The position numbers and the translations under genes are program-made. Of a stretch of DNA of 64,000 nt, positions 50,695 through 63,061 are shown piece after piece. Every line of letters begins with the position of its first letter. Position 1 is the first letter of the stretch. Source of the DNA: Macrostomum hystrix (Eukaryota > Animalia > Platyhelminthes). Location of the stretch: positions 15,748,001-15,812,000 of the forward strand of contig CATNEN010000039.1 in the NCBI GenBank assembly GCA_950097015.1, given 5' to 3'. The notes beneath the pieces are model-generated. The model saw only the letters and a list, made by a program, of their open reading frames with translations, had not been told where the DNA came from and ran no database searches.

Positions 50695-52600
50695 CTAGTT
50701 GTGGGATGAGCGAACCCAGCAAAGACCAAGAAAAAGCCGAGCGAAGCGAGACTTTTTCTTGGACTTTGCGGATGTGAGTTCGTCCCGGTTAAGATGTAGC
50801 AGCATATGCACACACTGAAATGCACGATTTTAGACTTTTCATCGTTGCAGCTTTGCAACAGTTTAAGATACAAAGGTGCGGTTTTTACCAAAATGCGTAA
50901 AAGACCTAAGGCTACCAATCCAATGTGGTTGCGTTGTCGTGGCGAAGCGTCTTGGTTGCCATGGCAACAAAAAACATGCATTTTTTAACATGTCAAAAAC
51001 CTTTACCTCACCTGAACTTTCAGGCAGTAAGCGATGTTGCAAAACGGCTTGTATGAGCCTAAGCGGGCATTCATATCCTACAATGCTGCCATTTTGATTT
51101 TATGTTCATTTGTACTTTTAGGGGTCAAAGTTGGAAAAAACATTTTTTGAGGCAAAAAAATGTGCATGTTTTTTTATTTCTGCTGCAACCAGCTCAAAGC
51201 TGCTTGCTTGGAGTCACAACAGATCACAACAGATGGGGCTATTTGAAAATCGGATACTTTTAGTCTGGAGTGTACTCATTGTTTAAAAGTACACATGTAC
51301 TTTAAAAGTACGTTTTGTACATGTTTCATTTGAGACCTAATCTGGTACCGAATTAAAGATTTCTGTGTGTCGAGACGCAAGTCCATGCACTCATCTGGAT
51401 GTTTTCTAACTGTTATAGTTGGTTTCAAGTTGTTATGTTGCACTCTCGTGATCCTTTCCGGCTTCAAAGTTGAAAATCGTGCTTTTGGCCATTTTTGACC
51501 ATTTTTTGGCCCACGCCACCCCAAAATGTGCGGTTTCAGAAAATGGTGCACAGAAACGAATTTGATATTCAATTGCGCCCATCTGGGGGACAAATTATGG
51601 CTATAATGATTAAGGTTGATGTCACAGTCTTCTGGGTCATTAGTTCGAAAAACAGGTGTTGTAAGTCCAAAAATGTGAATATTTCTTTATTTGTGTGTGC
51701 CAGCAGTTCTCTGGCCTACAGTCGATGGGGCTAACGAGCTGGCATAATGAAACAACAACATCGAGGGCTGTTTTATGCGGGTTTGTGTTTTACTAAAAAG
51801 TGCACTTTTCAAATAGATGCCCATTTGCACTTTAAAAGTACATTTTGTACTTTTGCACTTAAAGGTCTTATCTGGTACAGAATTGTGATGTTTTCAGTGC
51901 GCTTTCGGGTACCTCTGCACTCAGCTGGATGTCCTCTATAAAAAAGATGTGGACATCCAGTTTTTATACTGCACTGGAGGGACGCCGTCCGGCTTTAAAG
52001 TCAAAAAACGTCGTTTTCAAAAGCCGTGTCACGTTTTAAAAAGAAAGTCTCAAAAAATAAGGAAACAGTTATGCTGTTGAGATGGGACTTTCATCCCACC
52101 CTGTCAAACACATAGGAGCACAATCGAGTAAATTTTCGAGTCTTCAAGTGCAGCTGGGGCTGAGCTGTGACCAGAAAACCAGGTAAATTTGAGGCGGGGA
52201 CCGGTTTTCTCTGACACTGTTGCATTACGATTTTTTTCTAAATTGGCCATATGCCATTAAGACTTGTGTCGATTTAAAGTACATCGAAGGACCTTTCCAT
52301 CGATGTCAAGTTCATTGGCCTAGACTTTAATCAGCATGTACTTTTTACCTGTAACAGGTAAAAGGGCCCATTTTAGGGGGTACAAACTTTGAAGTGGAAA
52401 AATAAGAAATTTTGTGCAACGATTTTTCTGGATTTTCAATATTGTATTCCTAGATAGTTGAAGTTTATTGGGTTATACGCGAATAGGCTGGGAAATCTCT
52501 AATTTTTTTTGCAATTTTCCATTGAAATGCTTTTTTTGGGGAAATTTTTTAGAGAAGATCCTCAATATTAGGCTACAAATTTTGCTGGACGGGTCGGATC
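50695..52600 (-). mobile_element. Non-autonomous Helitron-like repeat (far end approximate)
   Basis: On the minus strand a hairpin (CCAAGAAAAAG...CTTTTTCTTGG) precedes a terminal CTAG; homologous to 57601 onward (GTTGCCATGGCAAC, AAAAATGTGCATGTTTTT). Confidence 0.5.
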
Positions 52601-54589
52601 GCAATGAAAATAGTGCAGAAGTGTGCGCCCGGATGTCTACTTTCCAAAAATGTGCCACTGGAGGCTGTGCGTTGTGTTGTTGCGTCACAGTTCCCATTAT
52701 GATGATGTGTTTTTATTGAGACCTGTCCTGCGGAATGTTTTCAATTTACGATACAATTTTTCGACCAGTATAACAAGCGGAACAGTTTTATCTCAACAAT
52801 TTAAATACAAACGTCTTGTAGATGTAATTTGTCTATTTTCTATAGTAAATTGTGAAATGCTAGTGCTTTCGGTTGCAGATCCGCTTGCCTCCTATTTCGA
52901 TTTTAAATAATAATGCTCTGCAAAATCGTGGCTGAACTTATTTCTCAATTTCACGTGTTGTCTACAAGTATATATGCTATTGAAGTGCCCTCTGCCCGTC
53001 CGTACATCACATTTGCCATCTGCTTTGTTGCTTATAAACTCTTTAAGAGCTCTCTGCGTCTCATTTCATCCCATTTGTTATCTGCTTTGTGTCTTATTGC
53101 TGTCATCAAATATATATATCTATGTCGTCTTTTGTATATATAATATAATTGTTGCATGGTGTATTGTAAATTTCTATACTTTGTATTTAATATTTATATT
53201 TTTAGCTGCTAATTTCTCTTTTTTGTGTTTTCTTCCTTCTCATAGTGTAAAATTTTCTCTGTGTCTTGTCCCTTTTATCTGTCTGTTTTTTCTTCTTTAT
53301 AGGTATCAATAGTCATAGTTAGTATTTATTTATTTTGTAGCTGTTAGTTGATTTGCTACTTCTCAATCTCATTAGCTGTGCCAAGTGATTGTAAGCATTT
53401 TAGTAGTATTTTATGGCAATGAATTTAATGAGATATTGTCTAGGTAGGCCTAACTTTGTTATGGACTTGTTGATAGCAAGAATGAAGAAATATAAAGTTG
53501 ATTATAGAAATTTTGGTAAATAATACTAATAGGGGGCCTAGCTATATTTTGTATAATTATTATCTCTATTTTCATTTAGTAATAGTATTATTATTACAAA
53601 TAATAATTTTAAACATTGCATAGAGGTAAAATTATATTTTATGGCCATGCACATTTCATTGAAACTGCTTATTTTTAGATATTCTCATGTCTTTTTGCCC
53701 TATATTCATTTTCCAACACCCAGGAACCATGCTGCCAAAGAAGCAAGGCCGGAAGCCAAAGAGAAGGCAGTTTGGATGCCCATTCAGAAAGTCTATTAGC
53801 CTGACTGATGTCAATGAGAGTCTCGCAGCTTCTGTGGATACTGTTGCTGCAACAATTTATGATGCTGCTGCAGATTGTTGTACTCCTGTTGCTGCTGCTG
53901 ATGCAGCATTTGCCACAGATTCAAGTGATGTTCAAGATGATTTTACTGAAGCAGCTGCCATGCTAAAAGCATCTGGTCTTTGCACTGAAGATGGTGAGTT
54001 TGATAGAATGGTATGAGTTTTTTCTTATAAAGAATGCTTTCATTTATTAGTGATATTGCATCGTTAGCTTTCCAGTTTAAACTCATCATCAGCTGAGAAA
54101 TGTGTTTGAATGTTGTTGAATATATTAAAATATGCCAGAAATGTTGGAATGATATAATAATAAAGTTATCTTCTGCCATTCGTAAATCACAGGAAATTTG
54201 CATTGTGGTTAAATTTGTTTAATCTTTAGATAGACAAATTCAATGAATCGAAGTTTCCAATTTGCCATTTGAATTGGTGTCTCCATTTCTCAATAATTCT
54301 TGATTGGAAACTGGTCACGAATGTACCTGGTCAGAAGTGAAGTTAGGTGGAAAGAGTTGGCATGGCAGTGTTACAGAGGAAGAGTATGGTATTGTTATAT
54401 ACAGAACGACGAATAATGTTCAACATCGTGGAACACTAGCGCGATGACTTCCAAGCATGTCTTAAATTCTGAACTTTTGCACTTTATCATAATACATTAG
54501 ACACAAAGCCGACATTTTAAAAAAACGATTGGGTAAAAATAGGGTGACAAAGACAAAACATATTTTTCACTGAATTGAAGGAAAATGAG

Positions 54590-55631
54590 GGGTGAATCCT
54601 TTTGGTGGCCTAATGGTTGAGCCCAGCGGCCTGGCTGAGACCGATCGTCTGCGCGACTGGTACCAGCAAGTGGGCCGTCGGCTCGCATCGTTTCGCAGCA
54701 TTGGGCCAGCTGGCGAGTTCAAAGGCGGCTCTGGTGGTGTCGACCTCAATGGAAGTGGCGGCAGCTGCGCTTTTCGCAGCCTGCGGGACATTGTCAGCGG
54801 CCAGAGCCAGCACTCGGACGGAAGAGGCGATGCGGCCTTCAACTGAGTAGTCACTGTTTGCTCGCTGGGACGTGACAATTGCGTCTACAAGGTTTGACTT
54901 CGAAGCTATGACAAAAGTGGTTATTCAGCTCAAGCTGAGTCTAAATTTAAGGTTTCAAAGTCCGCAAATCTTCAAAGTCTTCAAATCCACCATTCCGAAT
55001 GCCAGGCGTGTCCCCGGCCCGACTGCTTCAAGAAGGTCGTGGAAGCAGAAAGTGGCACTGCACCAAGTGCCAGGCTCTGCAATCCGGCTTCAAATGGCGC
55101 TTCGTCTTGAGCGTGAGGCTGGCTGATTTCTCCTGCAGCAAGTGGGCCACCTGCTTCGGGGTGAGCTCACGGGTGGCTGGTTTTCCCTTTGTCACGCAAT
55201 TCGCCAACTCGGCTGCCTCGCAGCTTTCCACACCTCTGTTTGCACCGCTCACCGTTCCAGCCGATTGTCACCGTCTCAAATGCTGCTTCCCCTTTCCCTT
55301 CAGCTCTGCAATACATTTCGCTCTTGTATTTTCGTAATTTCTCTGCATGTCTTCTGCATATTCTGCTTTTCTGCATTTCCCTACAGAGCACCTGGACCGC
55401 CTGCTCTATGGCGGTGGCGGCGGCAGCGCCAAGGAGGCCAAGGCGGTGTTCGCGGCCGCCACGTACCAGACGCTGGTGTTTTCTCTGCACGCCCGGATGG
55501 AGACGTTCAACGACGAGCTGCGCCAACGGCTGGTGGTGCAGGACGTCCGGCCGGTGAATGCGATCGACGACAGCCTGGCGCTGATTCGCCAGATTGAAGC
55601 CGCCGCTGCAAGCACGACTCGGCTGCAGTGA
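54590..55631 (+). pseudogene. RPA1: Decayed RPA70 (replication protein A large subunit) 3' exons
   Basis: AETDRLRDWY, FRSLRDI, VVTV..LGRDNCVYK|ACPRPDCFKKV (intron 54892-55005), (frameshift) WHCTKC...FKWRFVLSVRLADFSCSKWATCF, VFAAATYQTLVFSLHARMETFNDELRQRLVVQDVRPV; matches the RPA70 DBD-B end and the zinc-ribbon DBD-C; in-frame TGA at 54844. Confidence 0.8.
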
Positions 55632-57104
55632 GATGCGCTTTGTGTGACCGCTATTTCCCAACTCTTTGCCCAGAGCTGCTCGGCATTTCGCCAAAAGCGA
55701 AGTTCCTCTGTATATAAGACTTTTTGCGTCCAGTTTGGCACAATCTGCGCAATTTCGGCTTCGCAGTTGCTTTTTGTTTCCATGTTATAACCTTTTGTTT
55801 GCATGTATTCGTCACATGCATTCTGTGTAGTTGTCCTACTCCGGTATGTCACCTCCGAAAATTATATTCTCAGGTTGATACTAGCTCCATCCACTGACTC
55901 CTTCTCCCCAACTTTTACTTCATTTGCTTCTTTCTGCGAGTCTTCTTTCAGCCCCGATTTGCTCGCGGGCTCGTTGCTCGACTCAGCTAAACAAAATAAG
56001 TAGAGAGAAACCGTTCTTAATCGCTTAACAGTACAGAGGATTGTATGTACTGCGAAGGGTGATAACAATTTGCTGTCCTCTTTGAGTCAGAAAATTTGTT
56101 TTTGCGCGTGGTTTATTGCATGCTTTTCTGCTTCCTCTCTGATTGGAGGAGACTCAGGAGAGGTGAGATAATAAGAAATAATAAACACCACATGGAGTTT
56201 GAAGGAATTAAAACACTGGGTCAGGCCATCATTGTGTGTTAATTTCCTGGCGATTGTGTGCGATATTACAATCGTTGATAGTTATGAGAGAGAAATAGCG
56301 ATCTGAGCAGCATGAAAGTCTGAAACATCTGAAAAAAAGACTTTTTTCAGAGAAAAAAGAAAAAACAGTCAGTAAAAACAATACATGCTACTCGCAAAGT
56401 AGACTGCTAGAAAAAGTTGCCAACAGAGTAAATGTACTTGCAAAATAGCCACTCAATAATTTGCCTAAATAAAAATAGTTTTCTGCCCTGGAGTACCAGT
56501 CCTGGAGCCAATTTGTGCGCGGCTTTGCGACACTGTGACATTTTTTCGACTTACGCACTTGCGCCTTGTGTACTGTGGCCTCGTGCTGCCTCGACCCAGT
56601 TTTAGTGTTTAGAAAATTTTCTGGAAACCTGATAATGTCCCAACAAACAGCAGCCAAAGTCTTCCAAATTCGTTGCATTCGGGCGCTCGACCTGAGTTGC
56701 CGATCTGCCGAGACGTGATCTCCTTACCTTCATCCGTATCACCAGACCTCCCAGCAAGCCCAAAATGGCAATTTTTCTTGCAAAAATACACAATTACGAA
56801 TACAATCTCTGCAGCTGGCCTAATTTCAGCTCGTTCCCTTTTCAACTTGCACAAAATAATGCATTTTTCTATTCTATTGCTGAGATGCATGGTTATGTGA
56901 CTAATAACGTTCATATTTTCGATCGATAGTCCTTATGCTGTCTGAGATGTCTGATCTGATATCTGAGATATGGGAGACTTCATCAGCATGAACTACTGTA
57001 GCAGCTTCACCAATATTTTTTTGTATTTTTTCAAGATCTGATCTGTATATTGCGTTAAAACTTGTCATGCCCGGATAAGATGTCTAGCTACATTTTATCG
57101 TCAG

Positions 57105-57327
57105 GTTGAGCAGCATGCTGGCTATGCTGACTCCCAGACTGAACTACTTGATTCGACAAGTAGATCGGGGGGCTTGCAGCCTGAAGCCGGGCTGTGTGCT
57201 CCGAGTCATCGAATACAATATGACTGCCCCCGTCTTCACTATTGACGACCTGTGGGTGATCGACTGGTCCAACCTGCCCCCAAGCATCGGCCTGCTGCAG
57301 ATGCAGTGGATTCAGCCGCTGGTTTAG
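57105..57327 (+). other. Exon resembling the RPA70 N-terminal OB domain
   Basis: Acceptor TTTTATCGTCAG then LSSMLAMLTPRLNYLI....SLKPGCVLRVIEY, compare RPA70N LSSFMLATQLNPLV...LSSNCVCQIHRF; matched by eye only. Confidence 0.45.
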
Positions 57328-57600
57328 GGGGTTCGGGCAAAGTGCAGCACGGCGTGCGTATGAAGGTAGTAAGTAGGTAGGTAGGTAGGTAAGTTGGTAG
57401 GTAGGTTTCTTGGATGGCTGGTTTTCTGGTTTTCGATTTGTGCCAGTGCCAGCACTCGCCATATTTTCTGTGATCAACTCACAATTATGCAATAACAAAG
57501 TCAATGTCTGAAACGTGTGCGCAAAGAAGGATTTACTCACCTTGCTTACGATTTGGTTCTCATCGCTCATCCCACATATGAAGACCATTGTCTTCATTAA

Positions 57601-59750
57601 CTAGTTGGGATGAGTGAGCCAGTAATGACCAAGAGGAAGCCGAGCGTAAGCGAGGCTTTCTCTTGGTCATTACGGATGCGATATCTCATCTTGATAAGAC
57701 GTAGCCAACGTGTCGGGATAGAAAAGCACGTTTTTCAACTTTTAACGATTGCCGCTTTTGCCCAGTTGAACCGATTTGGATGCGTTTTTTGCAAAACATG
57801 TAAAATACTCGGGTCTATGCACTGATGTGAAAATCGTTGCCATGGCAACGCGTTTTGGTTGCCATGGCAACCAAAAACATGATTTTTTGGACGTGACGAA
57901 AAATGGTCTTTGGCCGCTTAAGCCGGCATTTTATGGTATCGCCAAGTGGCTCTATCCAGTCGATGCGGGCTATAGAAGCCTACAATGATTTGATATGGAT
58001 TTTTTCTTGCTGACCCATCTTTTGGGTCAAAGGGTCAAAAACAGGTTTTTGAGGTTGAAAAAATGTGCATGTTTTTAAACTTTCTCACCACGAGATCGTA
58101 ACCCTAACACATAGGCCTACTTGATGGTGGAGAATTTTTTTGACCGTGTGCTTTTGTGATTGAAATAAATGTGCACTTTTAAAGTACTTTTAGTACAGGG
58201 TGCACTTTGGACGCCTCTATGACACAGACATGTGACTTGAATCGCATTTCAACACATGTCAACCAACTTTCTTGGGTGTCGCCTATACGAAAATGTTGGT
58301 TTCAGACTGATTGAATGTTGTTTACCGAAGATGTGGGTAATTAAATCCTAAAAACGTGATTTTGGTCATTTTTAGTCATTTTTCGAGGTACAAAACTGCA
58401 TGGCCAGAACGTATTTGGTGTGTGATTCGAATGCGGCTTCAGTTTTTAGAAGCGCAACAGATGTGCGCACAAAGTGTATATTTAGAATTTTTTTATCATC
58501 CACTTGTCCCGGAGGTGGATGCGAAAATCCCAAATTTTGACCCCCCGGGGAGCTAAAACATTCAAAACAGGATCAGTCATAACTTTTGATTACTGCATCC
58601 GTTGGTGTTGCGCTTACCGTTGCTGAATTGCATTTAAGACCCTCTTTCATTTGATACTAGACTCGTGTACACACATTCAGTAGTTGGCCATCTGTACTAA
58701 GATATGTACCTGTACAGGTGTACGTAAGAGAGAAAAAGTTTGCCATTTCCGCCCCTACGATAGTGCACTTTGTAGTATTGAACTGCAAATGGTGTCAATA
58801 GACGCATGTGGATGTTTGAAAGAGAATGACATGTCAACTTAAAGTCAGAGTCACATTCAAGATGCTAAAGCTTGATTTGCAGTTGGAAAACGTGTTATTT
58901 TCGTAGAAATTAACAAAAATCATGCATTTTTTCGAACCTATAAAGGTAAATTTTGTAAAAACGGTCTTGCGATTTTTTTTATGTACAGAGACGAATTGTA
59001 CCTAACACTATGCTGCATCTGATGAGCAGCTGCATTAGTGTTGAAAAATTCGATTTTTCGAAATGGAAGGCACATTGCAGCAATTTTGACACCCGGGCCT
59101 ATGCCAATTTCTCATAAGATTACTCATAAGATTTTAGTAGTGCGATTTCTCGAATCAAGTTTGGTGTCGTTGGATAGCATTTAGAGCCCTCTTCAAAAGG
59201 AAAGCATCCATGCCTGTCTGTAAAAATTGATTGAGCGACAGTACACGATGCAGTACTTTTAGGAGAAGCTGCATTTTCGAGTTTACTCAAATGAAATGTT
59301 GTTCTTTGCTCCAATGTCATTGAAAATGGTTTAAATTGATGCGTCTAGATGTTTCCAAGACAATGACATGTCACTTAAAGCTGTGCATCACATTTCAGAT
59401 GTACAGTATTGATTTTCATTTATAAAATGTGATTTTTTTTCATGCACACAAATAATGCAACCTTGAGTGAAAATTGTGCTAAAATGGATAAGTAATCGCA
59501 TCGCATGTATGTTAGTTTCGCATTTAAATTGTGTGCCCAGCATTGAAATGATTATGTTGCTTTAGTCTTGGAAAGTTTAATTATCTGATGAAGTATGAAT
59601 GTGAAGTAAGCAGTAATTAATGAAAGATCATCCTGTTTTTGCGATCAACTTTTTTGCATCACATGAAAATTGAAACCGAAATTTTATTAGTTGAAGGCTT
59701 GAAGGTTCACTTAAAGTACACAGGCTACAGCTCTCCATGCATTTGTCAGT
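57601..59750 (-). mobile_element. Second Helitron-like repeat (far end approximate)
   Basis: Hairpin GTAATGACCAAGAG...CTCTTGGTCATTAC next to a terminal CTAG followed by T on the minus strand; homologous to 50695 onward. Confidence 0.5.
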
Positions 59751-59754
59751 GTTT

Positions 59755-61630
59755 TTTGTGGCCTTCGCCGAGTTCTTCGCCGCCATAGTCAACGCGCCGC
59801 CACCCCCGCTGCCCAACATCCTGACGCTGCCGCCAGAGACGCCGTTGCCGTCAGAGGACAGTTTTAACGTTGCACCAGTCACCATGGCTGAAGTCTTAAT
59901 GCTCGCCCAGAAGACGCCGGGCGGCAAGGCGCTGGGTCCGGACGAGGTGCCCATCGAGGCGCTGCGCATCCACTGTGTGGCCAGTGAGGTCGCCCGTGTG
60001 ATGAACCGCGTGCTCTCCGGTGAGGTGGCACCCACTGAGTGGACCATGGCGCACATCATCGCCATTCCAAAGAAGCCGGGCACTACGCGGCTAGACGAGC
60101 ACCGAGGCATCTGCCTGCAATCCTGTGCTGCGAAGTTGTTCAACCGGATGCTGCTATCGCGGTTGCAACCCGTGCTGGATCCCTACCTGCGACCTGAGCA
60201 GAACGGGTTTCGGCCCCACCGTGGCACAGTGACGCAGATCCTAGCTCTTCGCCGAATCATCGAGGAGGCGCGCACGCGCCAGTTGGACCTGATCGTTGTC
60301 TTCATTGACTTCATGAAGGCTTTCGACTCGGTTGCGAGGGCTGCGCTCCCACATGTGCTCCGCGCGTACCATGTGCCAGAACAGCTGATCTCCGCCATCA
60401 TGGCGTTGTACTGTGCTACGAGAGCAGCTGTGATGACGCCGGACGGCCTGTCGGACCCCTTCGAGACATCCTCCGGGGTGCTCCAGGGGGACACTCTAGC
60501 GCCGTTCCTGTTCGTCCTGGTGCTTGACTGGGTGCTACGAACTGCTCTTCCTACCGACGAAGACGGCTTCCTACTGCGGCGACGCGTGGGTCGACGTCAA
60601 CCGGAGAAGCGGCTCAGCGTGCTTGGCTACGCCGATGACCTCGCCCTGCTGTCCTCGACCGTAGAGGACGCCCAGCGCCAGCTGGATAAGCTGGTTAGCG
60701 CTGCAGCGAGCGTCGGCCTGTTGGTCAACACGAAGAAGACCGTTGTGCTCTGCGTGCCGGGCGACATCGAGGCCGCAATTTTCTGCCGAAGCGCTGACGG
60801 GCAGGTAACGGAGCTTCCGCGCTGTCAACAGTTCGTCTACCTCGGCGGTCTGGTACCTGACGTCCGCGAAGATCTGAGGCGTCGCCGCCGGTACGCTTGG
60901 GCTGCCTTTCGTTCTGTGAGGGCGGTCCTGCAGTCCGAGGCCCTACCTGATCGCCAGAGGGCGGCGCTGTTCCAGGCGGTGGTCGAGACCGTCCTGTTGT
61001 ACAACGCCGAGACGTGGACGCTGACTGATTCGCTAGAACAGCAAGTCAACGCGGCGCACGCTGGCCTGCTGCGTGCCGCCTTTAAGATCAGCGACGAGCG
61101 GATCACTAACGCGGCACTCTATCGTCGCGCCGGCCTGGCCCGTCCGAGTGAACTGCTGCGACTTCGGCGACTCCAGCTTGCAGGCCACATCATCCGCGCC
61201 GAGTCCTACTGCCCGCAGCCGGTGCAGGAGGTGCTGCTGCTAACGCTGCAGGCACCCTACCGGCGCGGCCAGGCCCGAACTCGGCGTTTCGTCGACTGCC
61301 TGCTGGCCGATGCTGGCGCCCCGGACACTGCCGGCGGTGCGGCCTTTGTTCGCGCCCAGGCTCTGAAGCGTGCACTGTGACGCTGCCTTTTCCACCTGAC
61401 AGCGTACTTTGTTGTTGTTGTTGTTTTTGTGGGGACGAGATTTCTGACTATTGAGGTTTGAGTGTACATTAGCTGGGGCCAAGCTGTGCTGTGCCGCCCG
61501 ATCGATAAAAATCTAAGGGGAGGGGGGTTCTCTCAGCCTGAGTGTCTGTGGCTTAAATGGGGCTATAGCGGGCCAGCCCCTCCCTTTTGTTTAATGTAAA
61601 TGGCCCGGCTCAGTTTATCTTATCTCTCTC
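59755..61630 (+). mobile_element. 5'-truncated RTE-clade LINE with an open RT ORF (59737-61380)
   Basis: KALGPDEVP, QNGFRPHR, FIDFMKAFDSV, GVLQGDTLAPFLF, YADD, YLG, VLLYNAETWTL, LAGHIIR; 3' UTR runs to about TTATCTTATC where the copy-6 flank homology resumes. Confidence 0.9.
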
Positions 61631-62069
61631 GTGTTTGTGGATGGTGTAGGGACTCTAGTTGAACTTCCTCAATCTGTCTCATTGTGACTCTTTGTCGCTT
61701 ACCCTCCTTTTCTTTGTTGTCTTTGTCCCTTCCTCTTCGTTTCGCTGCTGCTTTCGCCAAGTTTGTGCCTCTTTCGTGCCTCTTTGTTCGTGCTTTGGGG
61801 GCACAAAATGACTACTTTCAGACATCAAGCCAGGTTTAACTGATCATTGTGCAGCTTGCGTGGAGTGTTAAAAAATAAGCACAGAAATATATAAATTTTG
61901 TTATAAAATATTACAAGCCTGGCATGCTTGAGATATGCAACGGAAATCGGTCAGTTTTTTTATTGAGAGGAGACTTTTAGCGCCTTGATTTTTACAGCAC
62001 ATTTTCAGACAGAACTTCAATACATCCAATACATCAAAACATGAAAAGAATATTCACAAGAAAAAAAAG

Positions 62070-63061
62070 TCAAAAACAAAAAGAACCGCGCCAAATAAAC
62101 AGCGCAAGCAGAATCGCTAGCAGCATCGTGCAGCCCAGCAGTACGGAAACGAGCCGCAAACTCTGGTGCCAAGCACCCGCAGCAGTCGGGGCTGCACCCG
62201 CAGCAGTCGGGGCTGCACCCGCGACAGTCCTGGCTGCACCCGCAGCAGTCATGGTTGCACCCGCAGCAGTCGTGGTTGCACCCGCAGCAGTCGTGGTTGC
62301 ACCTGCGGCAGTCCTGGCTGCACCCTCAGCAGCCGTGTTTGCAGGCGGAGGGAACATTCTTAATTTGCTACAATTAGACTTCGCTGCGTTTGGTCTACAT
62401 TCGTAGCGTTCAAACTCATGTTGGTTCTTGACCACTTGATAAAAACTGTTGATCGAGATTTCACAGCCGATAAAGGTATTAATTCGCCTAACGTTTCGCT
62501 CTTTAGAAACCATTTTAAGGCACTTTTCTGATGGAGGACAAAAAATTTCAAATGGACCTAGCACGTCTTCGCGTTGAGACTCATTGTCATTCGTCAGCAA
62601 TTTCGCGTAAAGAAGGCATGGTACCAGATCACGTTCTAGATCATTGATCAAGCTAAATACACTCGCTTTATTGCAGTTATCACCCGTACAGTCTTTGCAA
62701 TATTTTGTAGCAGGACAGGCGCCGCAATCATATTTCAGTCGCTAAAAAAGTTTCCGCATAGGGCAAAATTTATAGGGAAAACTGTTGCTTTATGATTTTG
62801 AATTGATATGCAAATTAAATTAGTTTAATTCATTTGGTCGCTCACCACTTCGTCAGTATTGGCAGTTGAACCTTCAGGTTGATAATCCACGTAACACTTG
62901 GTGTCTTTGGCAGGAGTACAATCTGTAGCAGTATCGTCATTCTTATATTTATAAAATGATACTTTTTTATTTTTCGACCAGACACATTTTATACAATCAG
63001 CCAGCTGAATGTTTTCAAGTGCAAGAAACACGCAAACAATAACCAGCTTCATAGCCGTCAT
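62070..63061 (-). CDS. Tandem three-finger protein, copy 6, anchored form with a long repeat stalk, 295 aa; exons 63061-62846 and 62741-62070
   Basis: Signal peptide; intron 62845-62742; RLKYDCGACPATKYCKDCTGDNCN; stalk of 7-aa AAGA(T/A)xT repeats; hydrophobic tail. Confidence 0.88.

Noticed and set aside
52468-53312. Hydrophobic ORFs in AT-rich DNA
   Set aside because: T-rich low-complexity composition gives spurious F/L/I/C-rich peptides.
2142-63061. A diversity-generating retroelement (DGR)-like mechanism driven by neighbouring RTs
   Set aside because: The RTs are ordinary LINE, LTR and DIRS types; the variation includes indels, shows no evident adenine specificity, and no invariant template repeat is present.
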